From the NCBI RefSeq assembly GCF_018350175.1, contig NC_058368.1, positions 114,144,001 to 114,208,000 on the forward strand: a stretch of DNA of 64,000 bases, in the 5' to 3' direction. Made by a program: the position numbers and the translations under genes. The notes under the pieces were generated by a model, which saw only the letters and a program-made list of their open reading frames with translations, did not search any database and was not told the origin of the DNA. Each line of letters opens with the position of its first letter. Positions within the stretch are counted from its first letter, which is position 1. Positions 23,982 to 36,370 of this stretch are shown in pieces. Origin of the DNA: Felis catus (Eukaryota).

Positions 23982-25340
23982 TGTACATCCTATTTCTAAA
24001 TAATGCGCTTTATACTGCTATTACTTGATTTTACAGTTTTATGTACCTACCATCTCTGTCATGAAAGTCGTCTGTCATGTGTCTCTCCCTCAACACACAC
24101 TTTTCTTAGCCTGTAGTTAAATCATAACTTTTGTTAATCATGAGTCGATTAACAATTCAATTAACAAGTTGATAACAAGTCCATTAATGATTCATATTAT
24201 AAATATGAACAGTGATTAAAATTTCTTTTGTTCAACAACCTCTCCTATAGCCCCAAGATTAATCATTGCATTGTGGTTTTTGTTGATTTGTTTTTCCTTT
24301 GTTTAAGTTTTTGGCTATACTATAGGATAGCAATGTATAATTCTTATAAATCTAATAAACGCATAAGTATGCTGACACAACACCTTAAATATTACAGTAC
24401 TATACACTGCTTCTCTTTCAATGAAAAATTACAAAATAAATCAATTACCCAATTGCACATTTTAAACTGGAATCTGAAAACTAATCTGTTAGGTATTCTA
24501 ATATTCCAAATTCTCATAACAACTACAAGTAATTTAAATACCAAAATTAACACTACAGATTTGGAATCGTAATACTTATCATTCCCTAATAACCAAATTA
24601 ATAATCAATGTGTGCTTGTTTGTCCATCTAAAATGAAACATTCACTAATTAAAAACATCATAAAAATTGGAAGTAGGAGAAGGTTGGTATAATAAATGTT
24701 CTTGTTTCATTTTAACAACCATGTGGAAAACACTGGAAAATACAACAATGAAATTGTCATTAAGTCTGAGTATTTTTTCTCAGTGATACCACTTATCCCT
24801 CCTCCTGGAAACAAACGTAGTATTATTGATAGAAAAACGAGTTGAAGCAGTGCATCTTCAGATAATCCTTCAAATCTGTTTGAGGAAACTGAACAGGGAC
24901 TGAAATGAGGAGTTAAGGCTTTATGTTTTGAAATCGCATAATTAAGTTAAAAGTAGGAAGGATGGAAACAATTTAGGTACGCTCATTTTACTCTGATTTA
25001 TGAGCTTTCATTATAACAATATAGACATTGTAACAAAGCTCTTCTTTATTGACATTTATAAATGGTACATGACCTGTAGAAGACAGACTATGAAGCCCCA
25101 CTTTTACCATACTGAAATAGATATTTCCAAATCACAGCCCTTGATATTCCTGTCCTACAAAAAGCCTAAAGATCTCATAAGACAACAGAGACGTGTATGA
25201 AAGAAAAAAAAATCATTGTTCTCTCGATTTTAAGTTCCCTGAGGCAACAGACGGATTTTTTTAAAAAAACTTTTCTCACAGCATCTAATCCAGTGTGTTG
25301 CCCACAATACACACCAAAAAGTGAAAACATATTAAATCTT

Positions 25341-25520
25341 GGGGCACCTGGATGGCTCAGTAGGTTAAGCGTCCAACTTCAGGTCAAGTCATGATCTCAC
25401 CATTTGTCGGTTTGAGCCCCGTGTCAGCGTCCACGTTGGCAGCACAGAGCCTACTTGAGATTCTCTCTCTGCCTCTCTCTACCCCTCCCTCACTCTCTCT
25501 AAATAAATAAATAAACTTTA
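25341..25520 (+). mobile_element. CAN-SINE
   Basis: Head and tail present; TSD TATTAAATCTT. Confidence 0.85.
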
Positions 25521-25668
25521 AAAACTATATTAAATCTTAATCCTTAACTCATTGTCTTGCTTCAAAATTACTGTGATACTTAATACTGCTTTTTTTTTTA
25601 AGGTTAGCTTATGCATATACTTCAGTCAGGCTTTCTCATCTCTCCATTATTCTTTTTATACCTAATAG

Positions 25669-25890
25669 ATGGAAGTACTCTACTCCTAATAGTAGCTCCC
25701 CTTGGCACTGGGGATTTGTTGGTGTTTACCGAAATGGGGGATTTATTTTCACTTTATCAAAATCAAAATCTGACACAAAAAACAAGTTCATTAACCTTCA
25801 ACTCGACAGCTGGATCACAAGAGGGACCAGAGTTATTTTCATTGATTTTTCATTATACAATGCTAACGTAAACCTGTTTTGCATCATCAG
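25669..25890 (+). CDS. PKD2L2: PKD2L2 exon 5 (WKYSTP...WITRGTRVIFIDFSLYNANVNLFCII)
   Basis: Conserved TRPP motif; AATAG| acceptor, AG|GTAAGT donor, 222 nt. Confidence 0.96.
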
Positions 25891-25918
25891 GTAAGTGACT
25901 CAAAACCGTAGTATATTG

Positions 25919-26498
25919 GGTTTTTTAAAATATAATTTATTGTCAAATTTGTTTCCATACAACACCCAGTGCTCATCCTAACAAGTGCCCTCCTCCATGC
26001 CCATCACCCAATTTCCCTCTCCCTCACCCCCCATCAACCCTCAGTTTGTTCTCAGTCCTTAAGAGTCTCTTATGGTTTGGCTCCCTCCCTGTCTGTAACT
26101 TTTTTTTTTTTTAAAGCCTCCAGAGGGGTGCCTGGCTGGCTCAGTCAGTGGAGCATGAGATTCTTTTTCTCAGGGTCTTGAGTTCAGGACCCATGGAGTT
26201 CAGGGCATGGAGCCTCCTTAAAAAATAAATGAAGGAATACCTGGGTGGCTCAGTCAGTTTAAGCATCCGACTTCAGCTCAGGTCATGATCCCAGGGTTTG
26301 TGAGTTCAGGCCCTTCATCGGGCTCTGTGCTGACAGCTCAGAGCCTGGAGCCTGCTTCACATTCTGTGTCTCCCTCTCTCTCACTGTCCCTCTCACTGGC
26401 ACTCTGTATGTTTCTCTGTCTCTCAAAAATAAATAAACATTAAAAACATTTTAAATAATTAATAAATGAATTAATTAATAAAATAAATAGCATCCAGA
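25919..26498. mobile_element. Nested stack: L1 3' fragment (-, ~25919-26112), short CAN-SINE (+, ~26124-26230), CAN-SINE (+, ~26237-26460)
   Basis: Same L1 3'UTR as the 6356 copy; TSDs AATAAATGAA and AGC(C/A)TCCAGAG. Confidence 0.8.
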
Positions 26499-27630
26499 GC
26501 CCTTGTTAGGGTTTCCAGTTTGTGTGTTTGCTGAGATTAAAATCATAGGCCTCAAAATAAATACAATGAACTTATGCCAATAATGAAAAATGTGGTAAAG
26601 CAACATCATATTCATTGTTTCATTGTTTTGGAAGATATTCAAGAACATGGAGAATTACATACAATATGTCAGTTTTATATTAAGAACACATAGTCTTATT
26701 TCTTGTCATTCTGCAGCTGCACAGATCTAACATTTAGTCTTGATTACTTCCTCTAAATCAGATCATTCAGATCCGTTGATTTGCTTTCAGAATGAGCTTC
26801 TTTAGTAAGGTATGAATTCTTGTCTCGAGAATGAACAATTTAAATTTCAAACAATATATATCAGTACCCAGCATCCTAGAAATGGCTAGAGCCTGTGGTG
26901 ACCTTGCAAAAATGGCCCCAGTTCTTCACATCTCTGCCATATAACCTCACGGTGCCCTGCCACTCAGGGAGGGGTGCACTTCCCTGGCTCCTAACCTGGG
27001 CTCATCTTTGTGACTTGGCATGGGAGCAGATAGGATACAAGCAGAAGTTTGAAATGAGTTTGCACATTAAAACTTGCTCTCTTGCATTTCTGTCCATTGC
27101 ACGATACGGACATACATACCTGGGCTAACTTAGACCCAGGAGGATGATGAGAGACATTCCCATAGGAGGAAGAGGAGGAAGAGAAAGAGAAGGAAGAGAT
27201 TGTGGGAAGAGACAAAACTATCTAAAGAGAAAAAATTATCTCCATCAGTCTGATGACCTTAGGTCATTTGCCTAACCTGGACCATGCTAATTGGCTTTAG
27301 GCCTGTGTTATAGAACCAAACACTGGCAAAGGAAATAGGATTGCCATGATTGGATCTGCCTGGGGATTGAATCCACTTTCTCTGAGTGATCTGGGAATGG
27401 TGGATGCCTAATACAGTAGGGGTTCTGTAGAAAGGAGGACTGGGATAATGACTGCTCGAAAAGCAAAAAGTAGTGTCCACAAAAATCTCAGTGAGCCACT
27501 TCTCTCTCATGAGTTTTACATTTTTACTCTGAATGAAATATGGACTCGGTGTCTACTCTGATTAGAGGATTTGGCCTTGTGCAACAGTGACAGTGAAACA
27601 CAGCCTTGGACTTTAAAATCTATACAAAAT

Positions 27631-27880
27631 AGGGGCTCCTGGGTGGCTCAGCTGGTTAAGCATCTGATTCTTGATCTTGGCTCAGGTCATGATCTCATGG
27701 TTCGGGAGATTGGACCCTGCATCAGGCTCTGCACTGATAGCGCTTTGGGTTCAGGCTGATAACACAGAGCCTGCTTGGGATTCTCTCTCTCCTTCTCTCT
27801 CTGCCACTTCCCCACTCTCTCTTGCTCTCAATCTCTCTCAGAAATAAAAATAAACTTTAAAAAAATAATAAGAAAATAAA
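27631..27880 (+). mobile_element. CAN-SINE
   Basis: Typical head and tail. Confidence 0.85.
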
Positions 27881-28200
27881 ATAGAATAAACCCTGTACAA
27901 AATGAATAAAATAAATGAATTCTCTTAAGTAGCCAATGGATATTACACCACTTATTTTATAGCTTTTTTCTCTTTTTTTCAGAAAATCAGAGCTTTTACC
28001 AGCATTAATCACTCTTTCCAATAGTCCTGATCAGGATAAAGAGGACAAGTCATTTGTATGCCTTAAATAAGAGGAGAAACATTGGGATAACTGGCCTAAA
28101 ATCATACAAAGAACTCCTTGTTACCCCTAGACTAAGTCCAGATTTCCTGTCTGTGGGTTTTATGCTTATTCTGTGTTACCTTTTAAAATGTTACTTTTTA

Positions 28201-28410
28201 GGGGGGACTGGATGGCCCAGTTGGTTAAGTATCAGACTTCGGCTCAGGTCATGATCTCGTGGTTTGTGAGTCTGAGCCCCACGTAGGGCTCTCTGCTATC
28301 AGCACAGAGCCTACTTTGGATCCTCTGTCTCTGTCTCTCTGTCTCTCTCTGCCCCTCTCCAGCTAGTGCTCTCTCTCAAAAATAAACATTAAAAATAAAA
28401 TAAAATAAAA
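28201..28410 (+). mobile_element. CAN-SINE
   Basis: TSD TAAAATGTTACTTTTTA. Confidence 0.87.
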
Positions 28411-29305
28411 TGTTACTTTTTAAAACCAGCAGATTTTGAAACTTTAAACTGGTAGTATATCTAATCAGTAGTTGTAGGGGAGCACATTACTTAAGTCAAG
28501 ACCTTATTCATTTACTTTCCTTTTTGCAAACACATCTGGCAAACTAAACAGAATACAGTTCCTTTTTTCCCTTATTAGTGTACGCGTCAGATCAAAATAT
28601 TGGGTTTGTTTCACTTCACTCACTTATTCGATGCTGTGCACCTACTATGTGCAAGGTGAAACAGTTTTAAACAGTTCTGTTTTCTATTTAACTGGTTTTA
28701 TTTATTTACATATTTTTTGCAGCACCTTATTCCAGTCCCAATAATATTTGCTAATATTTCTAAGTGGGAAAATTACATTGTGATAGAGATACTCGTTCTT
28801 TAAATTACTGCCAATTCTTAGCTATCTAAAGTTGTAGAGAACACTAGAAATACTGTGAACAACGTCAAATATTTTTATTTAGTGGTGGAATTAATTTTTA
28901 TACTTCTGTTTGCATATAGATCCCTGTATCCAACATCCTGTGTATAAAGCAAACAGAATACATTTGTTTTAAGTAGAATGTATAAGCTTAACATTTAGAA
29001 GCAAGAAGTGTCTCTGCTAATCTAAAGGGGGAGAGTGTATTTTCCTTCTCTGAAATAATCAAGAATTATGCATTTTGGTGGGATAAATAAATAACAGTAA
29101 CTAACCATGTACTATTTTCTTGAACATCATCTCATTGTCCTGTGGAGATAAAATAGTATTCCCAGTTATAACCAAACAATCTGAGCACAAAATAGGAAGA
29201 ATGTCTGCCTATAATCACATCTTACTTTCTCCACTGTGTTGGTCTCTGACCACTGTGAATATTCAGAATACAAAAAAGTGGAGCCATTAAAAAATAAGTA
29301 AATCT

Positions 29306-29500
29306 GGGGCACCTGGGTGGCTCAGTCAGTTAAGCATCTGACTTCGGCTCAGGTCATGATCTCCTGGTTCATGAATTCAAGTCCCACATCAGGCTGTCTG
29401 CTGTCAGCACAGAGCCCATTTTGGATCCTATGTCACCCTGTCTCTGCCCCTCCCCTGCTCACACTCTGTCTCAAAAATAAATAAACATTAAAAAAAAATA
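29306..29500 (+). mobile_element. CAN-SINE
   Basis: Typical head and tail. Confidence 0.87.
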
Positions 29501-29677
29501 GGCAAATCCACTAGAATTTAAGTTGAACACATGAGTCTAAGAAAACATATTTTGTACAAAATAACTGATTCTTAAAGTACACATCATCACTAATTAGAAA
29601 CTTCACAATGAGTTAGGTACTGAAAAACAAATGCTTGAAATAAATACACAGTGACTTCCGCTAACCTAATTTTACAG

Positions 29678-29906
29678 ATTGGTGGCAGAATTCCCTGCAA
29701 CTGGAGGAATCATTACTTCATGGCAGTTTTACTCTGTGAAGCTCCTCAGATATGTTAGCCACTATGATTATATTATTGCTTCCTGTGAAATCACATTTTG
29801 TATTTTTCTTATTGTCTTCACAACACAAGAAGCTCAAAAAATAAGAGAATTTAAGTCTGCCTATTTCAAAAGTGTTTGGAACTGGCTAGAATTACTACTT
29901 TTGGTG
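29678..29906 (+). CDS. PKD2L2: PKD2L2 exon 6 (LVAEFPATGG..., S2 and S3, WNWLELLLLV)
   Basis: TTTACAG| acceptor, GTG|GTAAGT donor, 229 nt. Confidence 0.96.
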
Positions 29907-31184
29907 GTAAGTATATATTCATATGTATTGTTCAAGGGAATCACATCTGAATCTACCAAGTAAGGAGGTTTTCTACTCATCTGGAACTTCCTTCAAAAGC
30001 TGCAAGTATCAATCATAAAACGAACTGTCATAGTGCATACTAATGGTGTGCCACCAAAAAGATGAAGTCTCTTTCTTTCCTGATTTAGTCCTTGAGAGGC
30101 CAGCATAAACTTAGAATAGGTGATTCTATAGGTATTATGATTTAAAGTGCACAAGAGGTCTCCCTCCCCGACTCAAACATGTGTTTCTTATAGGGCCTCA
30201 TGTTGAAAATCATGGTTATTTTTGGACATGTACTCTCCTATGTTGCCTCAATCTGCTTTCCTCCTCACAATTTTGAAAAAATATGCAAAATCAAGCCTAG
30301 GCAGATCCTGGAAGAGGGGAAGAAGGGAGTGAGCAGCCAGAGGGTAGCTTGTGGGCACAGAGAACACCAGGAAGGGCGAGATAATCTCTGAAAGGAATTC
30401 CAAAAACTGTCCGTTCTCACCACTGGAACATATTAAAATAAACACAGATACATAGGCAGGGTGGGACAGATGGTAAGCAATTGGTCTTAGGAACAGTGAA
30501 CAAATATTTCTGGCTTACACAACGTGATCTTTCACCCTTATTGACCCTTAGTTATAGCTAATCCAGAATATAAGCCTTTTTTCCCAAAAGCAGATTAAAA
30601 GGGTCTCAGAGTCAGATAATGAGCCACCTACTTCTCTACTATCCCCGATAAAATTTACTATACAGCGTAACATTGAATGATTCACTATCTGAGCATTTCA
30701 GGCAAAGGTTCAAAGGAAGATTTTCATGACCATTCTAAAGCTGTGATACTTGAGGTAACCTGGTTCTGAAATCCTCTTCTGGAAGAGTTGTCAGAGGCTC
30801 TCAAAAGGCTTATTTTTGTGTTACTGTAAAATATTTCTTCTAGTATTAGGTGGTAGAAAAATATTAAACTTTTACATATCATGTGTATGGAAGTGTTGAG
30901 CTGCTACACTGTACACCTGAAACTAACATAACAATGTATGTTAACTACCCTGGAATTATAAATAATAAATAAATAAATAAATAATAAAATATAAACTTCT
31001 TGGTATCACGTAGTTACATGGAGCACAAACACAGCCTAGTCAGAATAACATAATCATTTTATACATTTGTGTTTTATAACTCAAAGAAACAAGCAGATAG
31101 TTTAGGATGGTCAGGTGATAAGTATTTTTCTACTTTTGTGATCATTATGCTATTTTAAACTTCTGTAAGTTGAGGCTTACTTTC

Positions 31185-31408
31185 TTTTTTTTTTAATTTT
31201 TTTTTCAACGTTTATTTATTTTTGGGACAGAGAGAGACAGAGCATGAACGGGGGAGGGGCAGAGAGAGAGGGAGACACAGAATTGGAAACAGGCTCCAGG
31301 CTCTGAGCCATCAGCCCAGAGCCTGACGCGGGGCTCGAACTCACGGACCGCGAGATCGTGACCTGGCTGAAGTCGGACGCTTAACCGACTGCGCCACCCA
31401 GGCGCCCC
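31185..31408 (-). mobile_element. Young felid CAN-SINE
   Basis: CpG-intact body; TSD AGGCTTACTTT. Confidence 0.92.
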
Positions 31409-31561
31409 AAGGCTTACTTTCATTCATGTAAAAGCCTACGTCTTATTTCTCCCTCCATTTTTATCAAACTTTTGATGAACTTGCTCCTTTGTCTGCTCAT
31501 AGGCTGCAGATTTAGAGGTAGAAACCGTCCCTAATTTTACCTTTCTTATTTTTCCATTTAG

Positions 31562-31732
31562 TTGTGTTTTGTGGCCGTTTCCTTCAACATATACTGTAAT
31601 ATACAAATTTTTCTCTTACTTGAAGACCTGTTAAAAAACACTGAAAAATATTCAGACTTCTATTTTCTTGCATACTGGTACATTTATTACAACAATATAA
31701 TTGCTATTACCATCTTTTTTGCATGGATAAAG
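31562..31732 (+). CDS. PKD2L2: PKD2L2 exon 7 (S3-S4, ...YNNIIAITIFFAWIK)
   Basis: TTTAG| acceptor, AAG|GTATTT donor, 171 nt. Confidence 0.95.
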
Positions 31733-32019
31733 GTATTTATATTTTATTATATTAAATACAGCAGATTAGACATATCTTTTATTAGCAAAATGGGAACTGA
31801 AGCTGCAACGTTATGAAAAAGCAAAAGGATTTTCTTAACTATAAAGTAATTATAAAAGTAGTTTTGTCTTGGAATGATTGTGGGCTAATCCTCAAACACT
31901 CCTATCATTAAGCACTTCCTTTAATTTGAAGCAATTTTTTTCTGAAATTAATTTAACTTACTCTAAGTAATTGTGATACTGAATATTCTTCTATTTCAAT
32001 TAACTTTGTTCTTTTTCAG

Positions 32020-32201
32020 ATATTCAAATTCATAAGCTTTAATAAGACAATGTCTCAGCTGTCAACAACCTTGTCCCGCTGTCTCAAAGACATAGTAGGA
32101 TTTGCCATCATGTTTTTTATAATATTCTTTGCTTATGCTCAGTTAGGATTTCTTGTTTTTGGATCACAAGTTGACGACTTTTCCACTTTTCAAAATGCCA
32201 T
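32020..32201 (+). CDS. PKD2L2: PKD2L2 exon 8 ([21 protein letters not shown]..., S5)
   Basis: TTTCAG| acceptor, AT|GTAAGC donor, 182 nt. Confidence 0.96.
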
Positions 32202-33714
32202 GTAAGCTGTTAGCACAAATATAGTTCTATTTACTAGTTTATAAGGAAGGCCTATGATAAGTAGTAACATACATTTTAACAAATTTAAACTTGGTTTTAT
32301 ATTTTCAACGATGGCAAAATACCTGTCACACTCAAAGTAGTGTTTAGCATTAGAAGATCCAAATGGATGGTGCAGTCCATTTTTTAAATATTACAAGGTC
32401 AAATTAGAAAGATAATTTTTCACTTTCATGGGGAGTGTTAAATATAACAGAAATTGGCTTCTGTGTCTCTGTAATAATTTATTCTCTGGGGAAAAGCAAG
32501 CTTAAATGTTTTCCTTTAAGAGCTCCATCTTTAGGATCCTTTTATTGATACTGATCTGATTATCCTTTGCTGATCTGGCAAAGCTGTGTTTTAAAAATAT
32601 TTTTAGACAAATAAAGCAATTAGACAACAAACTTATAGAACTGATCAGTTAGAATCCTTAGCAAAGTTTTCAGGGTTTTTTTCTTTTTAACTGAGTAATT
32701 TAAATAAATTTACTCTCCTTTCTGGGTATGCAAAATAAGTTCTGGGTGTGTAAGAAAATTATGATAGTCTAAAATATCAGTTCTCAAAATATGTTCTGTG
32801 TAATTTAGACCAAGATTGGGGGGAAATGGCTTCATATTTAAGTAAGTTTGGGAAATTTTGCATCACTCTGTTGGAAATTTGTAGTGCATATTAACAGATG
32901 GCTCTAAGAAAAACTGTAATAACTTTCTTAACTTTAGTTATGAATTCTCCAAACTTATTTGTTCATGCCCTTTTATTTGATTTTGGGAAAACTTTGGTGT
33001 AAAGAAATGTTCTAGATTGCCCTCTTTTTACCATCCGCATGGAAATATTTGAAGTGGCATTTATATGAAATTTCATTTATCAGTAGTGAAAAGAAGAATG
33101 AACTAGGAACCCAGAGGATATAATTCTACTTTTGAATTCTGCCACTTAGCTCTTCAACTTTTCTAGACCTTTATTTCTTTATCTGCAAATGAAGGAACTG
33201 GATTAAGTTACTACTCCCAATGATCCCTTCCAATGTCAAACAGCCTATAATTTGAGAAGCCTAATTAGCTTTCTCTTGAGTGAATTAGGCTTGCAGTTCC
33301 AACAACTTCTCGGTCCTTTCCTAGGATTTTAATTCAAGTGTTACTTAATAATAAAACTTAGTGGTACTGGACATCAATTATAAATGTAGTAATTTACAGA
33401 ACTTGGAAATTGTTCTTACCCTAGAGAGTGGGAAAGAAAAGAAGTATAAGGCTCAGCATAAACAGGTAGACAACTTTGGAATGCATTAATGAAGACACTT
33501 CTGCTTTTGGTAATGAAGTGCTAGGTTATTGAGATCAACCTCCTCTTCAGGACAATTTAAAAAGCTAGATGAAATATAGATAGCACTAAAGAACTAACAA
33601 AAAAAGAGAGTAAAAAGTGGACCAAAATCAAAAGGCAAGAACCCAGAGAAGTAAGCTCAGCATCCAAGGCTTCTTTTGCCCTCCTGTTCTGTTAAGCTGA
33701 TAAGGATTTTTTTT

Positions 33715-36370
33715 TTATTGTGGTAATACATACCTAAAATTTCCCATCTTAACCATTTCTAAGTGTACAATTCAATGAGATTAAATACATTGATATTGTG
33801 CAACTATCAGCACCATGCATCTCCAGAACTCTTTTCCTCTTCTAAAACTGAAACTATGCTCATTAATCAAGAATTCTCCACTTCTCCCCTCCTCCAGCCC
33901 CTGGCAACCACCATTCTACTTTTTGTCTCTATGATTTTGATAACTCTAGGTACTTACTGTATCGCACAGTATTTATCTTTTTGTGACAGATTTTGCTTAG
34001 CATGTCTTCAAGATTCATCAATGTTGTGCAGTATGTCAGAATTTCCTCCCTTTTTAAGGCTGAATAATATTCCATTCTATGTATAAACCACATTAAAAAA
34101 ATTAATGTTTATTTTAGGGAGAGAGAGATAGAGCATGAGCACCGTAAGGGCAGGAAGAGAGGGAGACACAGAATCCCAAGCAGGCCCCAGGCCCTGAGTT
34201 TTCAGCACAGAGCCTGATGCTGCGATCAAACTCACAAACTGTGACACCATGACCCAATATGAAGTCAGACACTTAACAGACTGAGCCACCCAGCCTCCCC
34301 TAAACCACATTTTGATTATCCATTAATCTCCTGACGGACATCTGGACTTCTTCTAAGTCTTAGATAATGTGAATCATCCTGCTATGAACATGGGTGTATA
34401 AATCTCTCATCAAGACTGCTTTCTTTCGGGGCGCCTGGGTGACTCAGTCAGTTAAGCGTCCGACTTTGGCTCAGGTCATGATCTTGCGGTCGTGAGTTCA
34501 AACCCCGCGTTGGGCTCTGTGCTGACAGCTCAGAGCCTGGAGCCTGTTTCGGATTCTGTGTCTCCCTCTCTCTCTGACCTCCCCCATTCATGCTGTGTCT
34601 CCCTGTCTCAAAAATAAATAAACGTTAAAAAAATTAAAAAAAAAAAGACTGCTTTCTTTAAAAAAATTTTTTTTGAATGTTTATTTTATTTCTGAGGGAG
34701 AGACAGACAGAGACAGAGCACGAGCAGGGGAAGGGCAGAGAGAGAGGGAGACACAGAATCCGAAGCAGGCTCCAGGCTCTGAGCTGTCAGCACCGAGCTC
34801 GATGCCAGGCTCAAACTCACAAACCATGAGATCATGACCTGAGCCGAAGTCAAACGCTTAACAAACTGAGCCACTCAGGTGCCCCAAGACTGCTTTCAAT
34901 TCTTTTTGGTATACACCCAGAGGTGGAATTGCTGGATCATATGGTGATTCTATTCTGAATTTTTGTGAGGAACTGCCATGCTGCTTTCTACAGTGGCTGC
35001 GCCATTTACGTTCCCACCAACAGTGCACAAGGGTGTGTTCCCCCACATCCTCGTCAACACTTGTTATTTTCTGGACTGTTTTTCTTTCCTTTCTTTTCTT
35101 CTTCTTCTTTTTTTAATGGTAGCCATCCTAATGGGTGTGACATGACATCTCATTGTGGTTGTGATTTGCATTTCCCTAATGGTTAGTGATAGGGAGAATC
35201 TTTTCATGTTCTTATGTTGGTCTCTTGATGGTGTTCCACAGGCTCTGTTCACTTTTCTTCAATCTTTTTCCTTTCTGTTCCTCAGACTTGGTCATTTCAA
35301 TCATCTTATTTTAGGTTCACTGATTTTTTTTTCTTCTGCATGCTCAAATCTGCCTCTTAATCCCTCCAGTGAATTTTCATTTCAGTTATTGTATTTTTCA
35401 TTTCTATAATTTCTTCTTGGTTTCTTTGAGATTTTCTATATCTTTATAGGTACTTCCATTTTGTTCATAAATTATTTTCTTGACTTTCTCCATGTCTTTT
35501 AATTCTTTGAGCATCTTTAAAAAGGTTTGTTTTAAAGTCTTTGTCTACTAGGTCTGCCATCTGGTCTTTCTCAGGAATAGTTTCTGTTGGTGAATTTTCT
35601 TCCTTTGATTGGGTCACACTTCCCTGCTTCTTTTATGTCCTGTCTTTTCTTGTTTTTGTTGAAAAATGAATATTTGAATGTAATAATGTGATAACCCTGG
35701 AAATGAGACTCTTGCTCTTCACCAGGGTTTCCTGTTTGGGGGTTTGTTGTTGTTGTTTATTGGATACTGTTTCTGTGCTGAGAACTATCCTGAGGTGCAA
35801 AGGTCTTCTCAGGTCTTTACTGAGCCTGCACCTTTCCATGGGCAAACGTGGTGACTTTCTAATTTCCTCTGTATATGTTGTTGCTTTTGAATGTCTTCAA
35901 TGCCTGGCTCCCAAAAGGGGAAAAAGAGAAATTGAAGGGGGAAGGGAGGGCACTAGCCCTGTAATCCCAAGGATACTGCTTCAGCAAGAGGCAGAGAGAC
36001 TTGAAACAGACAGGGGAACATGCGCATCTCTGTCTGCACCCGTGTGATCAGAAGGAGCAATCAGCAATCTAAACACAGATCCCTGAGGGTCCTGATTGCC
36101 TACCCTGGCTCCCACAGGTTGCATACAAGCTGTTCCAGAAAAGCATGGCTGCCTGCCATTGGCTGGGGGGTGGGGGTGGGAGGTGGGTAGCTTCTGACAA
36201 ACCAAAAGTTGAAATTGACCAAAGTTGGCTAAGCCTTCCCCTGGAAGTTGTAAGCCATAAATAGACCCAGAGTTCCAAAGTAGTTACATCAGACAAATTC
36301 TGCCTATGTGATTGTTGTCTAGGTGGGGAGACATATTCCTAGTAGTTGGTTTTTTTTTCTTCTTCAGTGT
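33715..36370 (-). mobile_element. Old L1 fragments (3' end and ORF1/5' region) with three inserted CAN-SINEs (~34095-34300 -, 34428-34645 +, ~34657-34885 -)
   Basis: Reverse L1 3'UTR motifs (GGAATTGCTGGATCATATGGT, CATTGTGGTTGTGATTTGCATTTCCCTAATG); SINE bodies. Confidence 0.75.
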
